A stretch of DNA of 64,000 bases, taken from assembly GCA_030704615.1 (NCBI GenBank), contig CM060731.1:11966001-12030000 (forward strand). The letters are read 5' to 3'. The stretch's first letter is position 1, and each line of letters starts with the position of its first letter. Under the pieces are notes generated by a model that was given only the letters and a program-made list of their open reading frames with translations, searched no databases and was not told the DNA's origin. The DNA comes from Takakia lepidozioides (lineage: Eukaryota > Plantae > Bryophyta). The position numbers and the translations under genes were made by a program. Of this stretch, positions 36,246-47,021 are shown one piece after another.

Positions 36246-36936
36246 AACCTGTTGCCAAGTGGATTCTAGGTGGACATAATTGGATTACAGCTTCCACCCA
36301 AGGTTTTAGAGGGTTTGGCCCTTCACTTGTCAAGGGAGTTTGTCACATTGCACCACGTGGCAAATGTTTTTTTTTTTGGCTATCGTAGCTCTGATAGCGA
36401 CATCTGGGGTTAGCAGCCCGAGTATTCCAATTACGTTCGATAATGGCCACCGGTCGACCCTGCTCGCTGCCCCGCCGCTCGCCGGGTCTGCCTGGTGGCC
36501 ATTATCTAGTACATTGTACATGTCGCCACCTCTGCACTCAGTCCCAAAAATATTTCGCCACATCCACGCCAAGGCAGAAATGAACAAAAAAGGGCTGCAC
36601 ACGACTGACTCAGTATCTCTTGAACATTAAATAGCGAGATGTACAAGGAATACACTGCAACTAGTGCAGGACTGAGCACGGCCTTCTTGTCTGAGGAGCT
36701 ACTCTAAACACCAACAAACTAAGGAAAAAAGAGAGCTGAACTATTCTATACGTGCTACTGGGGAAAGGGCCTGGAGAACTAAGCAACCATGTGCATTTTG
36801 AATATGCTATGTACAACAGGTGTCACCCAGGCTTGCGGTTGCTGAAGACGATGATGCTGTGGTTCGCGCCCAGCGTTCCGCCTTGTGACGTCGATGTTGG
36901 TGCGTATAGACTTACCATTGGCAAGTCTTCCAAAAA

Positions 36937-38181
36937 GTGGCAAGTTCTGTACATCATCATTCATGTGAGTTTGAAGCCTGTTTGAAGATTCCAAGTATCC
37001 ATCAAATCAGCAGCCTATTCCTGTCAGATATTCGGTTCTGGATATTGGGCACAATGACATCTCAGGCAGTACTAGGTTTGGTCGCTTACTAAGTACTGCT
37101 CGGTACAATCGCTGGCGATTCCGAACAGACTGCCCCAGCATGATCTTCAACATCATGGATTTTTGTATAGAAAATCTATGAACTGAACATGCGCCTGCTG
37201 CCGCTTGGCGCTATATTGTGTAGTAAGTTTGATCAATGCACATGTTCTTCCTCCAAAACTGACTCTTGCTTTACATGACCTTGAAGGACTGGAAAGTGAC
37301 AAAGGCTTTTACCATCGTGCCTTGAAATTTTGGAATTCACTTAACATGCGAGTCATCAAAATTTCACACAGTTCAAGGATTCTCAGGACGTAAAGGAAGA
37401 GAAGGCTCAAAAATCTCAGGTGTCTCACCGTACTGGTTGAAGTCGAGATGCTCAAAGATGGTAGTGATCTTGGAGCCAAGGTGATGGGGAACACCAAGAC
37501 AGTCGCTCTTCCCCCGGGTGGAAATCCTAGAAACCGGGCGCAGAGACCGTGAATGCTCAGCGCACTTATCGGCAATTGTGTAGCTCATGCTCACTCTAGC
37601 ACTATATTATCCTCACATGTGAATGTCAAGAGCTTCACTGGCTATCCAGCAATGAGTTTGCGGACCAGGGTTTCATGGAGGAGCATTCCAGATTGGACCC
37701 AGGGCTCACACCGAGCATCATGCAAAATTGTTTGAAGTACGTGATGTGGGCTGCTGCCAGATCAGTGTTCTTGCCGCACTCGATGCCACCGTTGATAATA
37801 TTGATGGTAACCCCGAAACCGGGCAACATACCAGCTGCACTGTCCGCACTGGACGGTTGCCAGTTTCCAACCATCACATCATGTATGGAGGGAATGACGC
37901 TGTTCCCACTGTTCCAGAACCAGAGGCTGGCCTTGAAGGATGTCACAGCATTTGTTGCCACCAAGTCTGGGGTGTTAAGAATACCCAGCTGCAAGGCGGC
38001 GTCGCAGACACCGTAATTGTAATTCCTGTTGACAAGAACCTTCACCCCCTTCAGATCGCATTGCAAGTGTTCGCACCGTGACACATTAATCAGCTGTGAT
38101 ACACACCTCGCAGAACTAGTTTGAACAATTGATAGAATCTACAGCTCGTCTTAGCACTTTTAAAGGTCTATAAGGTTACCA
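36937..38181 (-). pseudogene. Partial duplicate of the chitinase locus (intron 2, exon 3 and 3' flank of 11491-12741)
   Basis: Near-identical to 11491-12741. Exon 3 is open (37635-38025) but has R>M, R>H, T>M and A>V changes. Homology stops 2 nt past the intron-2 donor; exons 1-2 are absent. Confidence 0.92.
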
Positions 38182-39870
38182 CCAGCAGATCTCAAAGGAG
38201 AGGTTACAAGGTTTCTGAGAAGAGGAGAAGTCTGGCAACTATAGTCAGTACGCTCACGTATAGGGAGGATCCAACATGCAATCCTGACCCGTCACCTTGA
38301 TTTGAGCCAAGCTCTTGTCAAGAAGGGTAGAGAGATGAAGTGCTATGTGCCTCGGCAGATGACCCAATGATGACTGATTGCCAAGAGAAACAACCTGCCA
38401 CACCACACAAATGTGCTCATGAGTCTCTCCCTGGTACCTGACTGTGGGCCATAGAGGTCTCTTTGCTTTTCTCACCAGACCCACTGTCACAAACTGTAGG
38501 AGACAGCACTCAGAATACAAGAATGAATTCCATCTGGCCTCCTTGAACATCCCTACACTACTGCCAAGCAGAAATTTTACTTTGTAGATACTGAATAGTG
38601 CACATCTGTACAGTTCACTGAATGCTAATTCCTGCAGCTTTTGCTCTAAGCTGTCATAGGACACAAGAATCAAATACCCAAACATATAAATTTGCATGTT
38701 AGTTCCTAGATAGTGGGTGGTACATAGCCTACCACCTTCTCACACCAGCTTGTTTACACAGCATATAATTAGAGCCATAGACAAACCTTGATTACATTCA
38801 CATCTTTAGGATTTTCTCATTCCTGCAAAAGTGCAACATGCATGCCCTCCTGACATACAGCTCCTTGGTTGAACTTCCGGCCTACAATACACGTCTCTAT
38901 CACACCAATGATAGCACCTCTTCGTTCTTCAACAGTTTCATCAAGCAGTTGATTGTTTGCCTGCACTTCTCTTCCATCCATGGCAACCTCTACCTTGCAC
39001 TTGGACGCATGCACAACAACCTTCTCCTCTCTGGCCTCTGTGACAGCACCTTTGCCTGCAGCGTTCACGCGTCTGGGGCTGACTGTGGTGAAATGACAAA
39101 TACACACGCAAGCCATCTGAGATGTCACTGGCGCCAATAACCTTTGAAAGTGTGTATCTTCGAAAATGTCCACAATCTCTGCCTCATCTGTTTCCTCTCA
39201 AACAAATCTACTGGATCCTTGCAACAATCTGTCCATGCAGCTGTTCTCACATGTGCCCTTTGGCTTGCTCATGCATTTTTGTCGAGGATGCATGTCACCA
39301 TAGGAACCAGCACCATTGACTGTCTGACAGTCCTTGTAGGCACCCACACTTCTCCTTCCACTCTGTCATCATTCCCTCTTTCTGAGTCACTGTCTTTACA
39401 CTGGTCTTGTCCTGCAGTGCAGACTCGGCACTTTTCAACTTCCTCCTGTTTCAGATAGCAGCCACTGACTTCTAGAGGGGCAGGGGTGGATGGTGAAGCA
39501 GCGATTCTACTACTGTGGATTGAGATCTTTGTGTTTGTCTGTCTCTTCTCCTTGTTTCGATGAAGGAAACCAAACAAAGTGAGGTGTGTGCTTTTGCGTT
39601 TTGTTCCTGCTGAAAGGCACATGTCTGTAGATGACCCATATACAGAAGTGGTCAAAATTTTAGTATCAACTGGGACTCAGTGGCATCTTGAGCTTGACAT
39701 CCTTGCAGACCCTAGGGAAAACACGGGCTACTGAAGAATGTACTCATAAGACGTTGTTTGCCGTAGCCTTGTGGCCATTGCCAGTTTGAGCGGAACACGA
39801 AGGGACAGAGCTTTACCCATCTATGAGTAAAATAATAACTAACGCTTTCTTTCATGTGGGTTGCTTTGCT

Positions 39871-42489
39871 TCACCAGTAATCCCCACAAGAGCAAACACC
39901 ATCTTGGAAGTGGTGAAAGCGGTTGGCATCCCGCACTACAATTGCTCGCCCAACAATTTTTGAGATGAATTTGGTGGTAGTGTGGCAGTCGCCACACACC
40001 CGAAGGTTCTTAATGACATGGAGAGGCTTTGTAGGTGGGGTGCTGATGAGCCCAAAGGCAATGGCCAACTTCTCACTGTGGTAGCAGAGAGAGGACTCCT
40101 TTTGCTCCTTTTCCACATCATGCAATGCAAAGCGCGTGTCAGGCACATATCCAGCCTCTTTCATCCGCTCGGATAATCTTTCGAGCTCAATATGGATGTC
40201 CTTAATTAGGGGATGGAATTTGTCGTCTACAAAAAATGTTGTGACCTGTTTTTTGACCTCAATGCAGCTGTGGCCTGGCTCCTTTCTGATACCTCTGTCC
40301 TGCATGATTTTTCTCACATTTTGTGTATCTTCCCACCTGCCAGCAGCAGCATAGACGTTTGATAGCAGCACATAAGTTGCAGCATGTTGTGGATCCAACT
40401 TGAGAACGCATTTTGCTGCACGTTCTGCTACCTGAACATTGCCATGAATTCTGCAAGCACCAAGCAAAGCCCTCCACACTGCAACATCCGGTTCGATTGG
40501 CATTTTGGTAATGAAGTCCTCTGCTTCATCCAAATGTCCTGCACGGCCAAGAAGGTCCACCATGCAGCCAAAATGCTCTACTGTTGCAGTGAGGGAATGA
40601 TCTTGACTCATGGAATCAAAGTAGTGACAACCTTCATCCACTAGGCCCACATGGCTACAAGCCGAGAGAACACATATGAAGGTGACACCATTTGGCTTCA
40701 AGCCTTCCTCTTGCAATTGTTCAAATAGGTGCAGGGTCTCCCTTCCACAGCCATGCTGAGCATATCCTGCGATCATTGCATTGCATGAGACTATGTTTCG
40801 TTCCGCCATATCGTTAAACACTTGACGCGCATCCTTCACACTACCACATTTGGCATACATGTCAACAAGGGCAGTTTCCAGAATGATATCCTGTAAAATC
40901 CCAGCTTTGATGATGTCAGCATGGACCTCTTTGCCCTTTTCCAGGGCTACCAGGCTGGCACATGTATTGAGAACACAAATGAATGTGACCTTGTTGGGTG
41001 TGACACCTTCTTGTGTCATTTTCTCATACATCTTGAGAGCCTCTCTACTAAAGCCAAGCTGAGCATGCCCTGCAATCATCGCATTCCATGCCACCACGTC
41101 TCGTTCAGCCATGTTGTCAAAAACTTCACGTGCACCCGTCATGTCCCCACTTTTGACATACATCCCAGCAAGGGCAGTATGTAGAATGACATCAGGTGCA
41201 ATTCCAGCTGTGATAATGTCTTTATGAACCTCTTTGCCCTTTTCCAGGGCTGTCAGGCTGGCACATGCATTGAGAATACAAACAAACGTGACCTTGTTGG
41301 GAGTCACCCCTTCTGACATCATTTTCTCATACACCTCAAAAGCCTCGATACCACACCCAGACTGAGCATATCCTGAGATCATCGCACTCCATGACACCAC
41401 ATCCTGTCGAGCCATATTGTCAAACACTCGACATGCAGCCTTCATGTCCCCACATTTGGCATACATGTCAACAAGGGCAGTCTCCAGAAGAATATGTGAA
41501 GCAAGTCCAGCGCTTATGATGTCAGCATGGACCTCTTGACCTTTCTCCAGGGCTGCGATGCTAGCACATGCCTCGAGGATGCATATGTAGGTGACCTTGT
41601 CAGGTATCATCCCATCTTGTAACATGCTCTCGTACATGTCAAAAGCCTCCTCAGCACACCCATGCTGAGCATATCCAGAGATCATTGCATTCCAAGAGAC
41701 TACATTTCTTTTAGCCATGTTGTCAAACACTTGACGTGCATCCTTCAATCTCCCGCATTTCGCATACATGTTAACGAGGGTATTCTCCAAATTAATGTAT
41801 GGCGTAAGTCCAGCTTTGATGATGTTGGCATGGACCTCTTTGCCCTTCTCAAAGGCTCCTAGGCTGGCACACACATTGAGAACACAAATGAACGTGACAT
41901 TGCTGGGCGTCACCCCTTCCCGTATCATTTGCTCATACATCTCGACAGCCTCCCTTCCACAACTGTGCTCAGAATATCCTGTCATCATTATGGTCCATGT
42001 AAATACATCTCGTTCAGGCATTTTGTCAAATACTAGGCGTGCATCCACCAAGCTCCCGCACTTGGCATACATGTTAACAAGGGTGTTAAGCAGAAAGATG
42101 CTTGGCTTGAATCCACTTTGCATGATGTGTGCATGCACCTGCTTTCCCATTTCAAGGTCCTCAACTCTGATGCAGTCTCGCAAGAGAGAGACATAGTAAT
42201 TGACGTCGGCTGAAATGCCTTGTCTGTGCAAAGCATTCACTGCTTCTTTCAGAAGTCCAGCCTGACATAGTGTCCTCACAGCCTCACAAGAGCGCAAAGA
42301 GTTATTGTTAACTCCCTCACCAGCTGGTGCTCGACCTTGTACTGTGGCAGCTACTGCTACTTTGACCCAAGGAAGGTCAGACCAACCCTTAATCCAAAGG
42401 GTCTCATTTGTCTGCTTATGCCTGAAGTCGGGTGATCTTGGACTTTTCTGAGAAAACCACCAGTGGGTACTGCACAGCTGAGCAGCCAT
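39871..42489 (-). CDS. Intronless PLS-class PPR-E1-E2-DYW organellar C-to-U RNA editing factor, 872 aa
   Basis: N-terminal targeting-like region, 17 PPRs (L-S-(P-L-S)x4-P2-L2-S2), E1/E2, PG box PGHSCIEV, HSEKLA, CGDC and terminal DYW. Confidence 0.97.
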   Translation of the reverse strand: MAAQLCSTHWWFSQKSPRSPDFRHKQTNETLWIKGWSDLPWVKVAVAATVQGRAPAGEGVNNNSLRSCEAVRTLCQAGLLKEAVNALHRQGISADVNYYVSLLRDCIRVEDLEMGKQVHAHIMQSGFKPSIFLLNTLVNMYAKCGSLVDARLVFDKMPERDVFTWTIMMTGYSEHSCGREAVEMYEQMIREGVTPSNVTFICVLNVCASLGAFEKGKEVHANIIKAGLTPYINLENTLVNMYAKCGRLKDARQVFDNMAKRNVVSWNAMISGYAQHGCAEEAFDMYESMLQDGMIPDKVTYICILEACASIAALEKGQEVHADIISAGLASHILLETALVDMYAKCGDMKAACRVFDNMARQDVVSWSAMISGYAQSGCGIEAFEVYEKMMSEGVTPNKVTFVCILNACASLTALEKGKEVHKDIITAGIAPDVILHTALAGMYVKSGDMTGAREVFDNMAERDVVAWNAMIAGHAQLGFSREALKMYEKMTQEGVTPNKVTFICVLNTCASLVALEKGKEVHADIIKAGILQDIILETALVDMYAKCGSVKDARQVFNDMAERNIVSCNAMIAGYAQHGCGRETLHLFEQLQEEGLKPNGVTFICVLSACSHVGLVDEGCHYFDSMSQDHSLTATVEHFGCMVDLLGRAGHLDEAEDFITKMPIEPDVAVWRALLGACRIHGNVQVAERAAKCVLKLDPQHAATYVLLSNVYAAAGRWEDTQNVRKIMQDRGIRKEPGHSCIEVKKQVTTFFVDDKFHPLIKDIHIELERLSERMKEAGYVPDTRFALHDVEKEQKESSLCYHSEKLAIAFGLISTPPTKPLHVIKNLRVCGDCHTTTKFISKIVGRAIVVRDANRFHHFQDGVCSCGDYW

Positions 42490-43311
42490 TGCTCAACCAC
42501 AGCCTTGCACAGGCCAGGCTACAACCACCAGAGCTCCAAGCACGTTTTGCTGTTTGATCATATAAGGCCCCAGCCGCACCAGCTGTTACCTAGCAGCCCT
42601 GCTAAGGTCTGCTAAAAATAGGTCTGCTAGGGCATGTTAGGTATTTAGCTAACGAGCAGCCGCACCAACAAGCTGTCATGTGTCTACATAGTCCTGCAGC
42701 CTAACTCAGATATACAAAACATTGAGGAACCTTGAATCACTGAGAGTTGAAACAGTGTAGCAAATTGGATGTCAACTCTTCATGGACCCGTGCTCACACT
42801 CCCGAAGGTTGTCAGCTCCACCAAAAACCTAAGGTCGTCCTTCAAAAGCAAGGGACATATTTCTTGAGATTAAGCAGATCTTGCACTCATAGAATAGCAA
42901 GATTATTAAGCATTTGTTTGCTGTGGTTTACTGTTTAGAGTGGTAATAAGACAAAATCAACACCCACCCTCAAACATATTGACCACAAGATAAGGCTTGT
43001 CAAGGAGACTTTTACTCACATGCTGCCTTTGTTGCCCCGAGATATTCCGATTTTGTTGTCAAGATACCTGCAAATGGATGCCCAATAATTGTTAGTGGAC
43101 ATAAATACACCATAGGCAGTAAACACTAGAGACCAGTGAGGGAGACAGTGATGGGGCAAGTATCTGTGAGAGCAGACAGGAGAGGTAGATCCTCCACACT
43201 AATAACCATCACACTAAGCATGAGAAGCGGAATAAACAAGTACAGTCGCTCATGAAGCAAGTAGTGGAAATGCTAATTCTGAAAGGAAGAGTCCCTTCCA
43301 GCAGCACAGGA

Positions 43312-43671
43312 CTTTCTCTAAAATTTAGAATGAAGAAAGATACCACTGGCACCTTTTGACATTGAAGCCCTCATAATGCAGGCATTCATGTCCTAGATTT
43401 AGAAAAACATCAGAGACAGTGAGACCATGCAGAATTATCTATGCAAAAGCAACAAGATGGTAAGAGAGTACACTAGGAGAGAACCCAGCACAAAGAGCAG
43501 GCTTTGTCCTTTTCTCTAAAATGTAGAAGTAGAACACAAAAGAAAGAAACACTAGGGCCTTATGACATTGAAACCCTCACGATCCAGGCATTCCTGTCCT
43601 AGATCCTAGTAAAACATCAGAGGTGACAGTGAGACCATGCACAATCATCTATGCAGCAAGAAGGTGGCAAG
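43312..43671. repeat. Diverged ~150-bp direct duplication (43312-43464 vs 43510-43671)
   Basis: Shared tttctctaaa..tgacattgaa.ccctca..aggcattc..gtcctagat..aaacatcagag..acagtgagaccatgca..atctatgca. Confidence 0.75.
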
Positions 43672-44106
43672 GTCACCCACAAAATATCTGTGTAGCCTTC
43701 ACAGGTAATGTTCAGAGGTATTTCCAGAGGTCCCAACTCCAACACAGCCCCTTCAATATTGACCTGGCATCATTGTGCTGAGCTTGCTCTGCATTATCCA
43801 GCCATTTCCGTGAATGATCACCAAAGTATTACTCCATATGCAAGAGGGTAAAGGAAGAAGAGCAGTTCTAGAAAGTTAAAATAAAGAGAATATGAAGCTG
43901 TTAAACATCACATTGTAGTGCAGCCTGAAATTAGGCGTGCATTGGGGGGAAAACTCACTCTGATCAAGCTTTGGCTCGTAATCAAATGCCAGGAAGAAAT
44001 TGCACCAGGTTTTCCAGTCTTCCAGTCTCAGGCTTCACTATCTGCATACACACATTACATGCTCGCATCAATTATCCCTCTTGCATCTCCGCTCGTATGG
44101 ACACCT

Positions 44107-45320
44107 CCATTATAAACTTTTCTTGCTCTCTCTCAGTGCAGGTGGCAAGCTGTTTTGTACGATAATAAGCACCTGTTTCGAGGTTGATTTGGAGTCTAGA
44201 AGTGTTTTCCATGAAGGTCAGGTGGGCTTCCGGAGAAATAGGGCTTGCGTCGATCATATCTTTAACCTAAGCCAGACTATTCAGGGAAGGAGAAAGGAAA
44301 GGAAAACCCACCTTTGAATGTTTAAATTACGCAATGGGCTGTGGCTTCATCTGTGGTCTTCTAGGTCAGGAGAAAGATGTGTAGGATTGGTCACAACCTG
44401 TATGCGAATACCAAAAGCTATGTTATGGTCAATGGCCAGAAGTCTAGTCTTTGTGACATTTTGACCAAGGTGTCAAGGTTGTACCCTCTCCCCACTTCTC
44501 TTCAATGTTTTCATTAATCAGCTCCTTGAAGATGTGGAAAGCGAGGTATTTGGGTTGAAGGTGGGTGATGCCACCATACCAGCTCTTAAGTTTGCGGATG
44601 ACTTTGCGGGCCTAGGGGATATACCCTTCAGGAGTTGATTGTTGTGCAAAGAGGTCCTTCGTCCTATGGACAATGTTAGTAAATGCGTGGTGGTGGCCTT
44701 CCATGATCATGGGGAGGGAGGAGAGAATCTCAAGTGTACATGGGGGCAGTGAATAGATCCATGTGCTCCCTTTTTACACATGTCTCGGTATTAAGTTTTC
44801 CTGGATCCACATATATAAAAAGTGGGTCAAACAGCTAAATGCATAGCTTTGGGTCTCACTCACTTCTTCCGATGCAGAGGAATTGATTCTCAAGTTGAAA
44901 GGACCATGCTTTGTAACGTTATTAGGCCTACTTTGTACACATCTTCCGTGTGGGAAGGCAACTCCAACCATGCTAAGACTTCCGAATCCATTCAGCTTTC
45001 GGTGCCCAAAGGGAGCATGTCAGCATGCTCTAGAACAGCTAATGTGGCTGTTCAGAGCGAGTTTGGCGTACCCCACTAGAGCTCTTGACGTGATGTGTTC
45101 AAGGGTCAGGTGGTGGGGTCAGATGAATCGCATGCCTCATACCAGATACCCTAAGATGATCGATATTTCTTGGAAGCAAGACAGTCCTGTTGAAGAGGCT
45201 GTCCTGTCGGGAAAAGGCAAATGAGATTTTCAAGTACCTAAATACTAGGCAGGAAGAACTGACCCTGCTAGATGCAGCTGACTTGGAGGCGGAAGTGTCT
45301 AAGCCCATGTCAGAAGCATG
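44107..45320 (+). mobile_element. Degenerate non-LTR (LINE) reverse transcriptase
   Basis: EGQVGFRRNRACVDHIFNL, QGCTLSP.LFNVFINQLL and LKFADDFA; many frameshifts. Confidence 0.85.
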
Positions 45321-46185
45321 AAAACAAAATGAAGTTAGGCATAAGACTCCCTGAGCTTGTTTCCAGTTTGTGACATGGGTGAGGACCTATGGATGATCTG
45401 ACACTTACCTACCCAGAAATTGACTTCTTCTAAATACGAACAGAACTCACCTGCCAATTTGGAATACCTGATGTAGCCTTTTGGAGCCAGTTGGCATCTG
45501 GAGTCTGCACCAGAAAAAACACAATGAATAGATCAAGGAACACTTCGCTGGCATGCAATTCCAATTTCAATGTGAAATAAATGGCAGCAATTCAGACTCC
45601 GGAGTGAAATGAAGGTGAGTGTGTGTGCAAGAGCTATGCAGCCATATGCCTGCCAAGCTTTAGAAGAGGCAGAAGATTCCCAGGAGGTGAGGTGGACAGT
45701 CCCCCAAGGAGAGGACGGAATTTTGCATTTATTAAAAGACAGGGGGAGGGTGGTGATAAGAGGACAGAGTGAGGCCCACTACGAAGGCTCATGTCGGTGG
45801 AAAGAACTACCATGTAAATCTCATTGATTCTGGCAGATAAGGAGTTGCTCCAAAAAGTGTCTAAGATTAAAAAGTCAAGTCCAGCAGTCAGAGGTTTGAG
45901 GAGTATACCTGAGAGCTCCATAGAAGCCGCCAAGTTCCAGACAGGACATTTAAATCCGTAGGGTTTGTTGTCGGATTCAATTAAGATCCTCAATCTCCTG
46001 CGGCCAACTTTAACTTATAAGGTCAGAGAACAACAAGTATAGCAGGTTGGACTGTAACTCAAAAGTCTGGATAGGTAGTGCGAGTTGTTGATTTCTACTC
46101 TTACAACTAGTACACAGAGCTGTTCCATGGATGTTCAAGCTTTATACCTGTGTGAGGTCCCAGAAAATAAATATCGAAGAGACAG

Positions 46186-46187
<2 letters not shown>

Positions 46188-46221
<34 letters not shown>
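46188..46221. repeat. (CT)n microsatellite
   Basis: Uninterrupted CT run. Confidence 0.95.
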
Positions 46222-46223
<2 letters not shown>

Positions 46224-46870
46224 GAAATAGTATTCAGGAGCTCAACAGCTGAGCAATAGTGGCAATTCCCGTTGTCAATGAGGTGCATATGTAGATCTCA
46301 AGAATACTGGATACAGCATTTTGTCTTAACCCGTGAAGGCCTAATTGACACAAAACATGTTGATCGATTTCAACCCTGCCTATCTTCCTGGATTCTCGAT
46401 TGATTGATCTGCAGTAAAAAGCAGTAATGTAGCACAATGCAAGGTCTTTCCAATAGCACCTACCCGAGGCCCATTGGTTCAGGATGTGGTGATTATCGTG
46501 GCCAAAATCGCAACAATATCAGTCACACCCAATACATTGACAGCTATGGCCTGATAACTTATGAACCATTCCTGCCATCCCAACATCCTATCAAGGAGTA
46601 CTTTCAACTAACAACAAACGAAAAAAATTGGTTCTCATGGTTCAAGTAATGCAACCTCTTATCCAAACACTGTCCAGAGATTCCTGCTGAGCTTCCATGA
46701 GTATGCCAAGTTGGTGAGATGGGTAGTCACAAATAGTGATGCATGTGTTGGTTCATAGTTCACACTGGGCACCTGACTATCTTTGACACGATACAGTTTG
46801 CTTACGGTATTCTACTTGGGTTTTAGGGTGGAAAAGGGTTTTTGAGAATTTAAAAAAAAAAGACACAACA

Positions 46871-47021
46871 GGGCTGTGAGACCTGGTGGTAAGCCACTCG
46901 TGTACTGGCCTGCGGGTCTGGGGTTGAAATCCCTGTCATATGTCTCTCTGCCTTGGGGCTTGGGCTCTGCCCTGTAATGCCTCCATGGCTCAAAGAAAAG
47001 AAAAGAAAAGAAAAGAAAAAG
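46871..47021 (+). mobile_element. Putative tRNA-derived SINE with (AAAAG)n tail
   Basis: Box A-like CCTGGTGGTAAG, box B-like GGGTTGAAATCCC, A-rich tail. Confidence 0.55.

Noticed and set aside
38254-39655. Several 100-150 aa ORFs downstream of the PPR gene
   Set aside because: No motifs or consistent splicing could be established.
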